A stretch of 64,000 nt of DNA, from the IMG/VR virus record IMGVR_UViG_3300046665_000548, positions 248,001-312,000 of that record; one strand, written 5' to 3'. How positions within the stretch are numbered: the first letter of the stretch is position 1; every line of letters starts with the position of its first letter. The notes under the pieces were generated by a model. It saw nothing but the letters and a program-made list of their open reading frames with translations. It did not search any database and had not been told where the DNA came from. The translations under genes and the position numbers were made by a program. Of the stretch, positions 55,031 to 64,000 are shown one piece after another.

Positions 55031-55528
55031 ATGTCTTACTCTCAACCCGAATGCATTATCTTGATTGGACTTCCTGGTTGTGGAAAGTCCACGTGGCGTG
55101 CCAAGCATCTGGCCGCAACGACGAAGGAATACGTCTGTATTTCATCCGACGACATCATTGACCAGTATGCGGCCGACAATGGCGTCACCTATGCCCAGGC
55201 CATCGGCGTGATGATCAAGAAGGCCGACAAGATGGTGCAGGAGCGTTTCCGCGCCGCCGTGGCCGAGCGCAAGAACATCATTCTGGATCGCACCAACTTG
55301 TTCAAAAAGTCGCGAAACCGTTATCTGTCGAACCTACCGAAGGAATACCGACGCACGGCTGTGGTGTTTGATCTGGACGACGCCATTCGAGTCCAGCGTG
55401 TCAAGGACCGCGAGGCTGCGACCGGCAAGCATATTCCTGATGTGGTGATGGCCGACATGCGCAAGAACTATGAAGCTCCGACCACGGTGGACGGCGAGTT
55501 TCACGAGATCGTTCGTATTAACGATTAA
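55031..55528 (+). CDS. P-loop kinase (polynucleotide kinase-like)
   Basis: GLPGCGKST, ISSDD, ILDRTN, RxxxR lid. Confidence 0.85.
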   Translation: MSYSQPECIILIGLPGCGKSTWRAKHLAATTKEYVCISSDDIIDQYAADNGVTYAQAIGVMIKKADKMVQERFRAAVAERKNIILDRTNLFKKSRNRYLSNLPKEYRRTAVVFDLDDAIRVQRVKDREAATGKHIPDVVMADMRKNYEAPTTVDGEFHEIVRIND

Positions 55529-55568
55529 CCCTTGTTACGGCCTACCGTAATAAGGTTTAATCGCAACC

Positions 55569-55766
55569 TCATTCAGAACTTATCTCGAAATTACCTTTGT
55601 AGAAACGGCAAGCCAAAGCACGAGACTTAAGAGTTTGCCGCGCACGCTGCTGCATAGAGCAGCGTGAATCGTATTGTTTCTGAGTTTTGATAAGTTCTTT
55701 CAGATGAAAGCGCAGGTTTTCCGTTGCTTCCAGGGCTGTAATCGCTTGCTTCGGTGTGATCATCAT
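55569..55766 (-). CDS. hypothetical protein
   Basis: GGAGG SD. Confidence 0.55.
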   Translation of the reverse strand: MMITPKQAITALEATENLRFHLKELIKTQKQYDSRCSMQQRARQTLKSRALACRFYKGNFEISSE

Positions 55767-55821
55767 CCCAGCCTCCTTCTTCCTGATGGAAAAGAACCAG
55801 TGAGATTGAACTTATCCCTGC

Positions 55822-56004
55822 TTAATTGAGCCGTATGCAGGTTTTCCGATTGATGAAATAAGCCCCGACCCGCTGGAGTTCTCGTTTCATCACTTGGTAT
55901 TCTCCGACTGTCATGTTGTACTGACAAGCGATTTCTTGGTCGGTCATGTTCGCTTTAATTACGACGCCAGAAGAGTATCCTATCTCAATAATTGCACAAG
56001 GCAC
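55822..56004 (-). CDS. hypothetical protein
   Basis: 60-aa ORF. Confidence 0.5.
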   Translation of the reverse strand: MPCAIIEIGYSSGVVIKANMTDQEIACQYNMTVGEYQVMKRELQRVGAYFINRKTCIRLN

Positions 56005-56075
56005 AAGGCGCTCCTAAATGGGGATTTGCGCGAGAGCACACCATGCTAAAATGAAATTTAAATAACTTTAAGCGA

Positions 56076-56111
56076 AAAATTAAATGTGACCAGTTGAAAA
56101 TTAAATGTGAC
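56076..56111. repeat. 15-bp direct repeat AAAATTAAATGTGAC x2 in an AT-rich intergenic region
   Basis: Copies at 56076-56090 and 56097-56111. Confidence 0.85.
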
Positions 56112-56141
56112 GAGTTGTGCGCGTTTAGTCACCTTCATGAG

Positions 56142-56318
56142 CTATTTGCGCAACCTTTTGGCTTCTGCAACCAACGCACGCGCCTTATCCCGAAGCGTGT
56201 CGTTTGACAAACAATCTTCGAATCGTTCCAGGAACGAAGCCATCTCGTCAAAATGCGCCAACACGGGGTCCTGATTAAGGAGCCGCATGACGTGACGGTG
56301 TTCTGCATCCTTCTTCAC
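56142..56318 (-). CDS. small hypothetical protein (58 aa)
   Basis: Read by hand: GTG start overlapping the upstream TGA, VKKDAEHRHVMRLL... Confidence 0.5.
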   Translation of the reverse strand: MKKDAEHRHVMRLLNQDPVLAHFDEMASFLERFEDCLSNDTLRDKARALVAEAKRLRK

Positions 56319-56491
56319 GATACCCCACAGGAATCTTTGAGTTGCTGGATAGTCTCGGCGCGACGATTGTAGCCGTCAATGGCCTTGCCGAGATCAACAA
56401 GGCTCTTGACGATCTCGGCGTCAACGATCCCATCCAGGGGATCACTGTATATGTGCCACGTATCGGGCCACGATTTGTCGTCGTCGTTCAT
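56315..56491 (-). CDS. small hypothetical protein (58 aa)
   Basis: Read by hand: MNDDDKSWPDTWHIY..., overlaps the upstream stop. Confidence 0.5.
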   Translation of the reverse strand: MNDDDKSWPDTWHIYSDPLDGIVDAEIVKSLVDLGKAIDGYNRRAETIQQLKDSCGVS

Positions 56492-56712
56492 TTTACTGCC
56501 TGTCTGCGTCTTAATACTGTCCGAACGTCTTTGACGCTTCGTCCAGCTTCTTTAGCGACTTGTTTAATCGCTTCTTGTTCAGCGCGTTTCTTGGTTTGAT
56601 CGAGAATCCAAAGACGAACGGCGGCACAAGCCTCGGCTTCGCCTTCTTCACCTTCGTTCACGTACAGCCACTCGGCGGCAGTCGCGAATTGTTCGTCAGT
56701 GGGGCGCTTCAC
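56488..56712 (-). CDS. hypothetical protein
   Basis: GTGA-coupled ORF. Confidence 0.65.
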   Translation of the reverse strand: MKRPTDEQFATAAEWLYVNEGEEGEAEACAAVRLWILDQTKKRAEQEAIKQVAKEAGRSVKDVRTVLRRRQAVK

Positions 56713-56948
56713 GACAATGCCAGCGACAGGTGGCGCGCGACAGCCGCCTTGCAGGCTTCTTCATCGCCGCGATTCATCGACTGGATGTTCTCCTGAACAT
56801 CTTCCGGGATCGTATAATCTACCCTCTTACGGCCACGCGGACGAGCAGCCGCTGCTGCCTCGTAGGCGCGCTTACATAGGGTAGTATTGATGCGCTGGAG
56901 CCGCGTGTAAACGGTGTCCGCGCCTACCCATGCTGGTAGATTGCTCAT
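56709..56948 (-). CDS. hypothetical protein
   Basis: ATGA-coupled start MSNLPAWVG. Confidence 0.6.
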   Translation of the reverse strand: MSNLPAWVGADTVYTRLQRINTTLCKRAYEAAAAARPRGRKRVDYTIPEDVQENIQSMNRGDEEACKAAVARHLSLALS

Positions 56949-57132
56949 GACTGTGTATACCCTGTTCCGTGACACGTCGGGCACGTCCCATCTTTGGGGA
57001 AAGTATACACTTCCCACCGCCCATCACTGGGAAATATGCCATGGTGAACGAAGGCACGAAATCCCTTGGCTTCATACCTCTCCTTCTTCCAGAGCGCGAA
57101 CAGCAATGCTACTGCGTCTCGGCGTCCCACGG

Positions 57133-57444
57133 TCAAGAGCCCTCCAAGTGGTCGTCCGTCTTCGTCCTCTTTTGCTCGTTGATGCCCAGCCAGATGTCCT
57201 GCAACTCTTCCTTGATCTTGTCGAGCGCGACGAAGCGCGCCTGATGTTCGGCCTGCGCCTTGCTGAACGAATCCTTGTCCGGCTTCGGATAGTGATCCCG
57301 GCCATGTACGGTCATCGCGGCGAGCTTGTCGCGTGCAACCTTGATCGCGTCGTAAGCTTCGCGAACCTCGCGCTGCAATTCGTTGGCCGACGTGCCGTTC
57401 ATGTGGATCATGGGGATAGTGGTCTTGGGGAACGTGTCCGACAT
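57133..57444 (-). CDS. hypothetical protein
   Basis: GAGG SD; PMIHMNGTS...HGRDHYP. Confidence 0.75.
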   Translation of the reverse strand: MSDTFPKTTIPMIHMNGTSANELQREVREAYDAIKVARDKLAAMTVHGRDHYPKPDKDSFSKAQAEHQARFVALDKIKEELQDIWLGINEQKRTKTDDHLEGS

Positions 57445-57453
57445 TTGAAGACC

Positions 57454-57735
57454 TCAATAGGCGTGAGTGATGACGCAGAGCGCGACGTTGTGCTGCGGCT
57501 CGACCGGCTCATAGATGGCCTGCTCGCCGTCCCAATGGTCGGGATCGAAGCGAGGGTGCTCGGGACCAATGTGCTTGAACTCTACCACCTTACCGGTATG
57601 ATTGGACTTGACCCGAAACGTGGTGGGGAACCCGCCCCCGAACGATTCGCTGAACCCACGCAGGGTCTTGGCGCTCTTATCGAACGCGAATTCGCCGGTC
57701 GTCAGTAAAATGTCGGGGCGCTTGTTCATGAACAC
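57454..57735 (-). CDS. hypothetical protein
   Basis: ORF downstream of a TTGACA box. Confidence 0.7.
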   Translation of the reverse strand: MFMNKRPDILLTTGEFAFDKSAKTLRGFSESFGGGFPTTFRVKSNHTGKVVEFKHIGPEHPRFDPDHWDGEQAIYEPVEPQHNVALCVITHAY

Positions 57736-57778
57736 AAGCTACCACGTTTTTCCAATTTGTCAAGTCGAGAAGTTGGGG

Positions 57779-58084
57779 TTATTTACTCGCCTGATTTATT
57801 GCTGCCATACGTGCGACTTCGGCGGCATGATCTGCCAATGCCTTTTCATGAAGCTGCTGTGCGGTGAGAACACTGGCTGCCAACACGACAGCATCTCTAT
57901 CAGCAGGAATAGATTTGATCGTCGGGTCAGCCGTCATTCGCTGAATTTCAGTGTGGTAGATTTCATCCATCGCAATACTTGCACGCGCTTTCACCAAATT
58001 AGTGATCCATTCCTCGGGATCAATGGCTACTGTAGTAAGAGCTTTGTACTCTACTTCGCTGATATCGACTGAAATGAGAGGCAT
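57779..58084 (-). CDS. tail-fibre-associated small protein
   Basis: Last gene of the fibre operon; AAGGA SD. Confidence 0.7.
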   Translation of the reverse strand: MPLISVDISEVEYKALTTVAIDPEEWITNLVKARASIAMDEIYHTEIQRMTADPTIKSIPADRDAVVLAASVLTAQQLHEKALADHAAEVARMAAINQASK

Positions 58085-58095
58085 GACTTTTTCCT

Positions 58096-58656
58096 TTAGC
58101 CTAGAAGAACGCCAGTGAAACGGGTTTGTGGCGGATAGTAACGCATGGTACTGGCAGAGTTTGTGTAGAGATAATACTCCACATAGTCTCCGACAGACAA
58201 TCTATAGGTCTGACTAATTCTTCCCGTTAAATAACATCCGCCGCCGTTGCTTTGCCCATGACCTCGAATGCGATAAAAAGGTGCGTTCGAAGGGTTAAAC
58301 ATTATGTTTGAGCCGTTGACATAAAACAACGGATGGCAATAGTAATTTATGCTATTTCCGTCTTTGAGAATGTATGCTTCTCCTGTAAAGAAGTACACTC
58401 CAGCCACGGGTGCAGTGAAACGTGACAATGTAGTGTTGTAACAGCTTTGAACGTTTAATAGCGCCGAGTTTATAGTAAGCTTATTCCAAGTCACATCCGG
58501 TGGGTAAATCCAGTCTCCCGTACCAACCGCGATGAAGCAAGGCTGAGAAGGTTTTTGAATATAACCGGAAGACGTAACCTTCACGGGGGTTGAGGCGTTA
58601 CCCATGTTGAGTGTAGTAGAAATTGCTACTGTCGCGCCTCCAATATCAACACTCAT
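58096..58656 (-). CDS. C1q-like domain virion protein (paralog C)
   Basis: PCFIA...CYNTTLSRFTAPVAGVYFF. Confidence 0.75.
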   Translation of the reverse strand: MSVDIGGATVAISTTLNMGNASTPVKVTSSGYIQKPSQPCFIAVGTGDWIYPPDVTWNKLTINSALLNVQSCYNTTLSRFTAPVAGVYFFTGEAYILKDGNSINYYCHPLFYVNGSNIMFNPSNAPFYRIRGHGQSNGGGCYLTGRISQTYRLSVGDYVEYYLYTNSASTMRYYPPQTRFTGVLLG

Positions 58657-59213
58657 GCGACTAACGTCCCTGTCCATTGAGAATACGGAGGATACCAACC
58701 AACAGTAGCAGTTGAGAAAAAATGATAATATTGAACGTAGTCACCTGCTACAAGTGATATCAATTCGTTGATATCACCGTCTGCGCTGTATCCCGCAGTG
58801 ACGCTTTGAACCCGCATACGATACACGCCAGATGTAATGGGGCGGCGAGTAACCATTGAGCCATTCACCCAAAACATCGGATGAACATAATCGCTTGTTG
58901 TAGCACCGGATAAAAGATACGTCTGACCTGTGAAAAGATATAGACCTGTAACTGGTGCCGTAAACAAATACGTTGAAGTGTTGAAGCATGTTTGATAGTT
59001 CGGAGACGCCACGTTCATTGTGATAGGAGACCACGTGCCCGCACCGGGATAAACCCATGCGGCACTTGGATTTGTAGCCATGAACATTGGATGCGTGGCA
59101 TATTTCTGCAACAAGCCCGTGTTTGTGATTTTCTGTATCTGGTTTCCACCATAGATCGTGTTTAGCGCCGATCCATCGTAAGAAAGTTGCGTCCCGTTGA
59201 GATCAAAGCTCAT
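58653..59213 (-). CDS. C1q-like domain virion protein (paralog B)
   Basis: PMFMA...CFNTSTYLFTAPVTGLYLF. Confidence 0.75.
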   Translation of the reverse strand: MSFDLNGTQLSYDGSALNTIYGGNQIQKITNTGLLQKYATHPMFMATNPSAAWVYPGAGTWSPITMNVASPNYQTCFNTSTYLFTAPVTGLYLFTGQTYLLSGATTSDYVHPMFWVNGSMVTRRPITSGVYRMRVQSVTAGYSADGDINELISLVAGDYVQYYHFFSTATVGWYPPYSQWTGTLVA

Positions 59214-59773
59214 CCTACCAAAAATCCTGCAAACACTGAGTGGTTAGGGTACCACTGGCAACCACTACTAACGTTCTCTTGAAAAAAGACTTCGACATAA
59301 TCCCCAACATTCAGATACACGATATCTTCGTGCTGACTATCTGCGGAGTAACCTTGTGGGTCTGTATGACCTCTGATCGCAAAGTTGGCGTATACCGCGC
59401 CGTTGACTCCGAAAGCAACATACCAAATGTGTCCAGTAGTAGCGGGTGCTTGCTTCGTGTTGTAGCTTGAAAACATAAACATGTATGCGCCAGCGACAGG
59501 CGCAGTGAAGCGCGTAGTCGATGTACTAAAACCATTTCCCTTGTTGTAGACCGTGTTGTTGAACCAAGTATTCTTACCCCAAGCATTGAAGGCCATGTTT
59601 TGCCAGCCTGGATCAGTGCCATTCCAGCCAGCTACAAAGCCAACTTGATTTGGCAAAAGCGTTCGACCAGATGTGTCTATCTGGATGCCTGCGTTAGCGC
59701 CTGCTGCAACTGAGAATGCAATAGAGCCGTTAACGCCTCCAACCGTATATGAACCACCTACATCAATCGGCAT
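59210..59773 (-). CDS. C1q-like domain virion protein (paralog A)
   Basis: VGFVA...GFSTSTTRFTAPVAGAYMF. Confidence 0.75.
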   Translation of the reverse strand: MPIDVGGSYTVGGVNGSIAFSVAAGANAGIQIDTSGRTLLPNQVGFVAGWNGTDPGWQNMAFNAWGKNTWFNNTVYNKGNGFSTSTTRFTAPVAGAYMFMFSSYNTKQAPATTGHIWYVAFGVNGAVYANFAIRGHTDPQGYSADSQHEDIVYLNVGDYVEVFFQENVSSGCQWYPNHSVFAGFLVG

Positions 59774-60068
59774 CTGCGTCTTTCTTTGGAGGTGCATCCT
59801 TTGGATCGACCTCAATCAAAGCAAACTTGAACACCTTGCCCGTCTTGTTGTTGTACAGAAATAGATCGTCGTGTCCTTCAACGATTGTGTAGTCACCGAT
59901 TCCGTTGCTCATACTCAAATCGCTTGTGTAGATGATACCCCAACGTGCAGCCGCACTACCAAGATTGTTAGTACCAGATACGCCCGGTTTAAGATTTCCG
60001 GAAAGAATAGCGTCGCCATCAAACGAGAACATGTTGGCTATCTGTGAGAGAATACGATTGATACTCAT
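59763..60068 (-). CDS. tail-fibre-associated protein
   Basis: LGSAAARWGIIYTSDL...GDYTIVEGHDDLFLYNN. Confidence 0.7.
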   Translation of the reverse strand: MSINRILSQIANMFSFDGDAILSGNLKPGVSGTNNLGSAAARWGIIYTSDLSMSNGIGDYTIVEGHDDLFLYNNKTGKVFKFALIEVDPKDAPPKKDADAD

Positions 60069-60069
60069 C

Positions 60070-61221
60070 TTAGAACCTCGAACTTATTCGGAATACGCCG
60101 GTAGAAGTATCTATAATACGTTGCGGTTGCGGTGGGGTCATAGTAGAACCAAACCCGGAAACAAATACACCTATTCTCTCAGGCGTAGCATACCACCCTG
60201 AGAGTGTTGAACCTGAGGTCGCAGTGTTGTATAAGTTGTCAACTGAAACGGTACCGGTCAGTGTTATAGACGTAGCTGTTACTCTCATTACAGCAGGACA
60301 TGTAGCTCCAAAAATACCAGAGGTTGTACTTTGTGCGCCACCTACAGCCATGCCCAAAGTAGAAGCCCAAAAGAAACGTTGGCAGTAACGTTGCTCGTCT
60401 TCGGGTGGACGAATTATCAAAGGAGAACGTGCTGCACTAGGCCCGGTATTTCCCGGATGCCAGTTAGCTCCAGTGATCGCTACAACGTTGTTAGCTGTTG
60501 CAAAGAAATTCGTGGTTGAAGACGTGGCAGAAAAGTTACCGGCCTGCCATGCGTTGTTTGTGCCTTGTAGGGTTGAACCACCAACAAAGCAAAAGCCAAT
60601 GTACGCTCCAAGAGAACCTAGAGTCGTTGTCCACGTGCCAGTCACGTCGGGCGGAATTGGGATCGACACAAACGTCCAAGTACCTGCCACAACCGCAAAA
60701 TTATAAAGAAACGTGCGATTAGGAACGGCATTCTTCAACTGGAAGGTTGCCGTTCCTGAAACTGTAGCATTGACCCAGAACGTAAAGGTTGAAGGCGATC
60801 CGAGAGCATTGCCATAGCCCAACTTTGCCAAGCGAGAAGCTTCAATCGGTTGATACAGTTGAACACAATCGCCTGAAGCTGGTGAAGTTAATGCAGTCGT
60901 AGCGGTGATCTGCATTCCATTGGGGAACATGTTTCCCAACGCAGCACTACCTATTAGAGATACTTGTTGACTCTTGATGACAGCAGTATTCGCAGCGTGA
61001 ACGTACAGACCCATCCACTGATCGGCAACATACTTAATGCTTGCGCTTGTCAGTGTCGTTAACGTAGTTCCAAGGTCTTGGCTAAACTCCATGCGACCGT
61101 TGATTAACAGAGAGTCATCGCCCACCGTGAAAGCTTGCGCATTAAGGTAGGTAGCGGAGTCAAGCGTGCCTCCGTTCTTTAGAAAGTTACCAAGCTGGGC
61201 GAGTGTTGCTGCAATGGTCAT
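60070..61221 (-). CDS. tail fibre-like protein
   Basis: Carbohydrate-binding-like domain homologous to the C-terminal half of 61218..63263. Confidence 0.75.
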   Translation of the reverse strand: MTIAATLAQLGNFLKNGGTLDSATYLNAQAFTVGDDSLLINGRMEFSQDLGTTLTTLTSASIKYVADQWMGLYVHAANTAVIKSQQVSLIGSAALGNMFPNGMQITATTALTSPASGDCVQLYQPIEASRLAKLGYGNALGSPSTFTFWVNATVSGTATFQLKNAVPNRTFLYNFAVVAGTWTFVSIPIPPDVTGTWTTTLGSLGAYIGFCFVGGSTLQGTNNAWQAGNFSATSSTTNFFATANNVVAITGANWHPGNTGPSAARSPLIIRPPEDEQRYCQRFFWASTLGMAVGGAQSTTSGIFGATCPAVMRVTATSITLTGTVSVDNLYNTATSGSTLSGWYATPERIGVFVSGFGSTMTPPQPQRIIDTSTGVFRISSRF

Positions 61222-63263
61222 GCGAACCTCGCATCTACTTTAACCATAACGTCCGCAGCAGCAGATGCAGAAACCGTCTGTCTGCAACCGTCCAATGGAG
61301 TGTAGTTAGAAACTGCCATGGTTGCACCTCCAGCCGTACCGGCCGTAATAGAGAGATCAGGGCTTCTCATTTTTTGCGCTTTATACCATGCGGTGTTGTA
61401 GTAAGGAGCAGAGACATTCATTACTGTAACACCCACATATTCAAGCCAACGCTGACATATTCTCATTTCCTCATTTAGCGGCCTTTTCAACAAAGGCGAT
61501 AGCGATGAAGGAATGATATCGGTACCGGGAATCAATGTAATGCCAGTGATGTTTACCTGATTGTTAGCCGTAGCGAAAAAGTTTGTAGTCGCTGACGTAG
61601 CAATGTAGTTACCTGCCTGCCAAACATTGTTCGTACCTTGATAAGTGGTACCTGCGCCAAAAGATAAACCAAAGTACGAACCGATAGTGTTTGCGTCGGT
61701 AAGCCACGTACCTGTCACGTCACCAGGAACAAGTAGAATTTTGTATTCCCAAACGTTCGAGCTATTGACCGTAAAGTTTTGCAGATAACTGCGATTCGTT
61801 GCACTGTTTCGAATGCTGAGCGTACCTGTGCCAGTCGCTGTCGAATTGATCCAAAATCCAACCATTGCTGAATAGGCCGCAGCGTTACCGTAACCAAGCT
61901 TTAACCAATTGATACCTTCGACTTGCTGATAGAAGAAAGTCAGATCACCCGCAGCGGGAGAAGTAAAGGCAGTGGTGGCGATAGTCTGCATACTCTTCGT
62001 TATAGAATTGCCAAACCCGCCACCGGTAGGAGTAACTTGCTGACTCTTAACAACCGCAGTGTTAGCCGCGTGCACATAAGCAAAACGCCATTGATCGACT
62101 GTGTACTTTGCAGCGCCCGAACTGACATGAGTGATCTGTGTATTGGTATTCTCTTGGCTTACTTCCATAAAAGGATTGGAAAGCATCTGTAGCGCGTAGG
62201 CATTGGCCATTGAAGGAATGCTGTTTGCATTGATGCCGGAGAGCGTCCAGTAAACAATCTCAACCTTTTCGCCACCAATAAGCGCAACGGTAAGTGTGAT
62301 TGCGTTGCCGCCCGGAGCAGAAAAATCTACGCCCTTGACTTGCTTTGTGCCATTGATGAACATCATCACAGAATTTGACGTGTAGTTACCTGTGGTGTTC
62401 AGTACGGTCTGGCCCGCCGAGCCCGTCAAGATATCTTCATAGATTGTCTGCGAACTAGACGAGATCGGAGCCTGTGTGTTGTACACAACGTCAATCGTTT
62501 CGGTGACATTACAAGCGACCGCAAATACAACAGCGGTACCGGTAGTGACGATAACATCACTACCATTGCTTTGGCGTATACCATTGCGATAAACGTCAAT
62601 TGCGCCGGGGGTATAGGCGTACGTTGTAGGAAACGTAGTTTGACTAGCCGTTGGCGTAAACGTCTCGCGATACGCAGACGTGCCGGAACCACCTGGAAGG
62701 GTTAAAGTCCCTTCAATGTTCACGTTCCCCGCGACGTTCAGATTCCCGCCAACACCGGCACCGCCACCAACTACGAGCGCTCCGGTGCTTGACGATGATG
62801 AAGCCGTAGTGGCAGTGATTGACAATGCTGAAGAGAGGGTCGTTACGCCGGACACAAAAAGTTTTTTGGCGATCTCAACACCACCAGCAAACAAGGCAGC
62901 GGCAGTTGTGCCAACGCCTGTAGCTTCCGTCGTGTCTTCGAATGCATAGATTTTCTTGGCTTTAGATGCGGGAAGATCACAAAAAAGAGCTTTGATACCT
63001 GCCGTCCATACGACAGCCGCGTTACCGTTACTGCTTTCGAAAATTTGGGTTGGCGTCAGTTCGTTGGCGGCGGTGTACGTGAAGACGCCAGTCTCGAAGT
63101 CATTGCCCATGCGGCGCGTAAGCCACGTCGTATCACCGACAGACATGAACGACGAAAATGTCTTAAAGCCGTTAGGCGATGCGCCCAATACAGTAGAAAG
63201 ACCAGTGCCCGAAGCCGGTGTGGTCGCTGTCTCTTGAATACTGTCTGCTAGTTTGAATGCCAT
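61218..63263 (-). CDS. tail fibre-like protein
   Basis: MAFKLADSIQET...F(T)AG.K..FCDLPA fibre N-terminus, T-rich repeats; TAAATA-CTGGGG-ATG. Confidence 0.8.
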   Translation of the reverse strand: MAFKLADSIQETATTPASGTGLSTVLGASPNGFKTFSSFMSVGDTTWLTRRMGNDFETGVFTYTAANELTPTQIFESSNGNAAVVWTAGIKALFCDLPASKAKKIYAFEDTTEATGVGTTAAALFAGGVEIAKKLFVSGVTTLSSALSITATTASSSSSTGALVVGGGAGVGGNLNVAGNVNIEGTLTLPGGSGTSAYRETFTPTASQTTFPTTYAYTPGAIDVYRNGIRQSNGSDVIVTTGTAVVFAVACNVTETIDVVYNTQAPISSSSQTIYEDILTGSAGQTVLNTTGNYTSNSVMMFINGTKQVKGVDFSAPGGNAITLTVALIGGEKVEIVYWTLSGINANSIPSMANAYALQMLSNPFMEVSQENTNTQITHVSSGAAKYTVDQWRFAYVHAANTAVVKSQQVTPTGGGFGNSITKSMQTIATTAFTSPAAGDLTFFYQQVEGINWLKLGYGNAAAYSAMVGFWINSTATGTGTLSIRNSATNRSYLQNFTVNSSNVWEYKILLVPGDVTGTWLTDANTIGSYFGLSFGAGTTYQGTNNVWQAGNYIATSATTNFFATANNQVNITGITLIPGTDIIPSSLSPLLKRPLNEEMRICQRWLEYVGVTVMNVSAPYYNTAWYKAQKMRSPDLSITAGTAGGATMAVSNYTPLDGCRQTVSASAAADVMVKVDARFA

Positions 63264-63272
63264 CCCCAGTAT

Positions 63273-63998
63273 TTAGGATGTCACTGCGATCAAATGCGGC
63301 GACGGGAACACCATTACCGTGTTGTCACGATTTTCCATATTCAGCATGTTGACGTAGTAATCACCCTGCGGAATGCTGATGTTTAGCGGCCCTTCCTGGA
63401 CCTGCATGGTGTCCGGATATACGAACACGGTCATTTCTGGCTGTGGCCGCCATGCGCGATCCTGAATGGGTGTTCCTAGCGGAAGCTTGCTCAGCCATAT
63501 GCGCAGAGAACCATCTTGATAGGTCTGGCCGAACTTTGGCTTCATACGAAGGATACGCAGCTTTACTGGATCGTCCGTCACCTGGAGGATGAAGCACACC
63601 GCCTGACCGGCCGGGATGTCGTACTGGTTCTTGAGCAGGACCGACTGGCCAACTGGCGTAGCCATATGGAACGGATAGCTCGGTGCCTTTACGGTTGCTG
63701 AAACCTTACCGACAATGCGCGGAGCAAAATCAAGGATGATGTTCGACGCCGTTCCATGGATGTATGGACCGGCGAAGCCATCGCTGGTGAATGGCGCGAG
63801 AAGCTGCTCAACAGTGCTGGTGATGCCAACGCTACCAAACGCATCAATCGTGGCGTGGAGTGTGTTCTGGCCACGTGCACGGATCGGTGCGGGAGAGATC
63901 GCGATAGAGGTGAACGGACCAAACGTCGTAGCCTGTGCGCGGCCCTTAACGATAAGATCGAGGTTGGTGTTCTGAGATGCGCCACCGATTGTGCTCTG
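63273..63998 (-). CDS. virion structural protein, 5' end outside the window
   Basis: Frame open from the window edge (QSTIGGASQNTNL...) straight into MATPVGQ..., so the track ORF 63273..63665 is only the C-terminal part. Confidence 0.7.
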   Translation of the reverse strand, partial: QSTIGGASQNTNLDLIVKGRAQATTFGPFTSIAISPAPIRARGQNTLHATIDAFGSVGITSTVEQLLAPFTSDGFAGPYIHGTASNIILDFAPRIVGKVSATVKAPSYPFHMATPVGQSVLLKNQYDIPAGQAVCFILQVTDDPVKLRILRMKPKFGQTYQDGSLRIWLSKLPLGTPIQDRAWRPQPEMTVFVYPDTMQVQEGPLNISIPQGDYYVNMLNMENRDNTVMVFPSPHLIAVTS

Positions 63999-64000
63999 AC

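Noticed and set aside
56058-56083. CtrA box (TTAA-N7-TTAA)
   Set aside because: Spacings are 6 and 8 nt, not 7
58096-63263. Diversity-generating retroelement acting on the fibre paralogs
   Set aside because: No reverse transcriptase in the window and no near-identical repeat pair differing only at adenines; the copies are old protein-level duplicates

Overview
This window is part of a large, T4-related (jumbo-type) myovirus genome. The host is probably an Alphaproteobacterium; this is inferred from ClpA, DnaJ, DadA, a Fet4-like permease, a GapR/DsbA-like protein and sigma70-type promoters. It carries replication genes (family B DNA polymerase, probable sliding clamp, ATP-dependent ligase, RNase H/5'-3' exonuclease) and lysis genes (split GH19 lysin, M15 endopeptidase, spanin pair). 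It also carries large paralogous virion fibre proteins (cadherin-like and C1q domains), host-takeover enzymes, 13 tRNA genes, three tRNA-like RNAs and many TAAATA late-promoter motifs. The main discovery is two amino-acid-grouped tRNA operons on the minus strand, one Leu/Gln and one Ser. Each is headed by an apparently leaderless mini-ORF loaded with the codons its downstream tRNAs decode (MFKNLLQQLQLTNEGQPRVQ and MTHFFSQSSSSSSASGVPGSVMR). Each mini-ORF is followed by mutually exclusive antiterminator/terminator hairpins. These look like ribosome-stalling attenuators that would switch phage tRNA synthesis on when those tRNAs are depleted. All product calls come from reading motifs by eye; no database searches were run.
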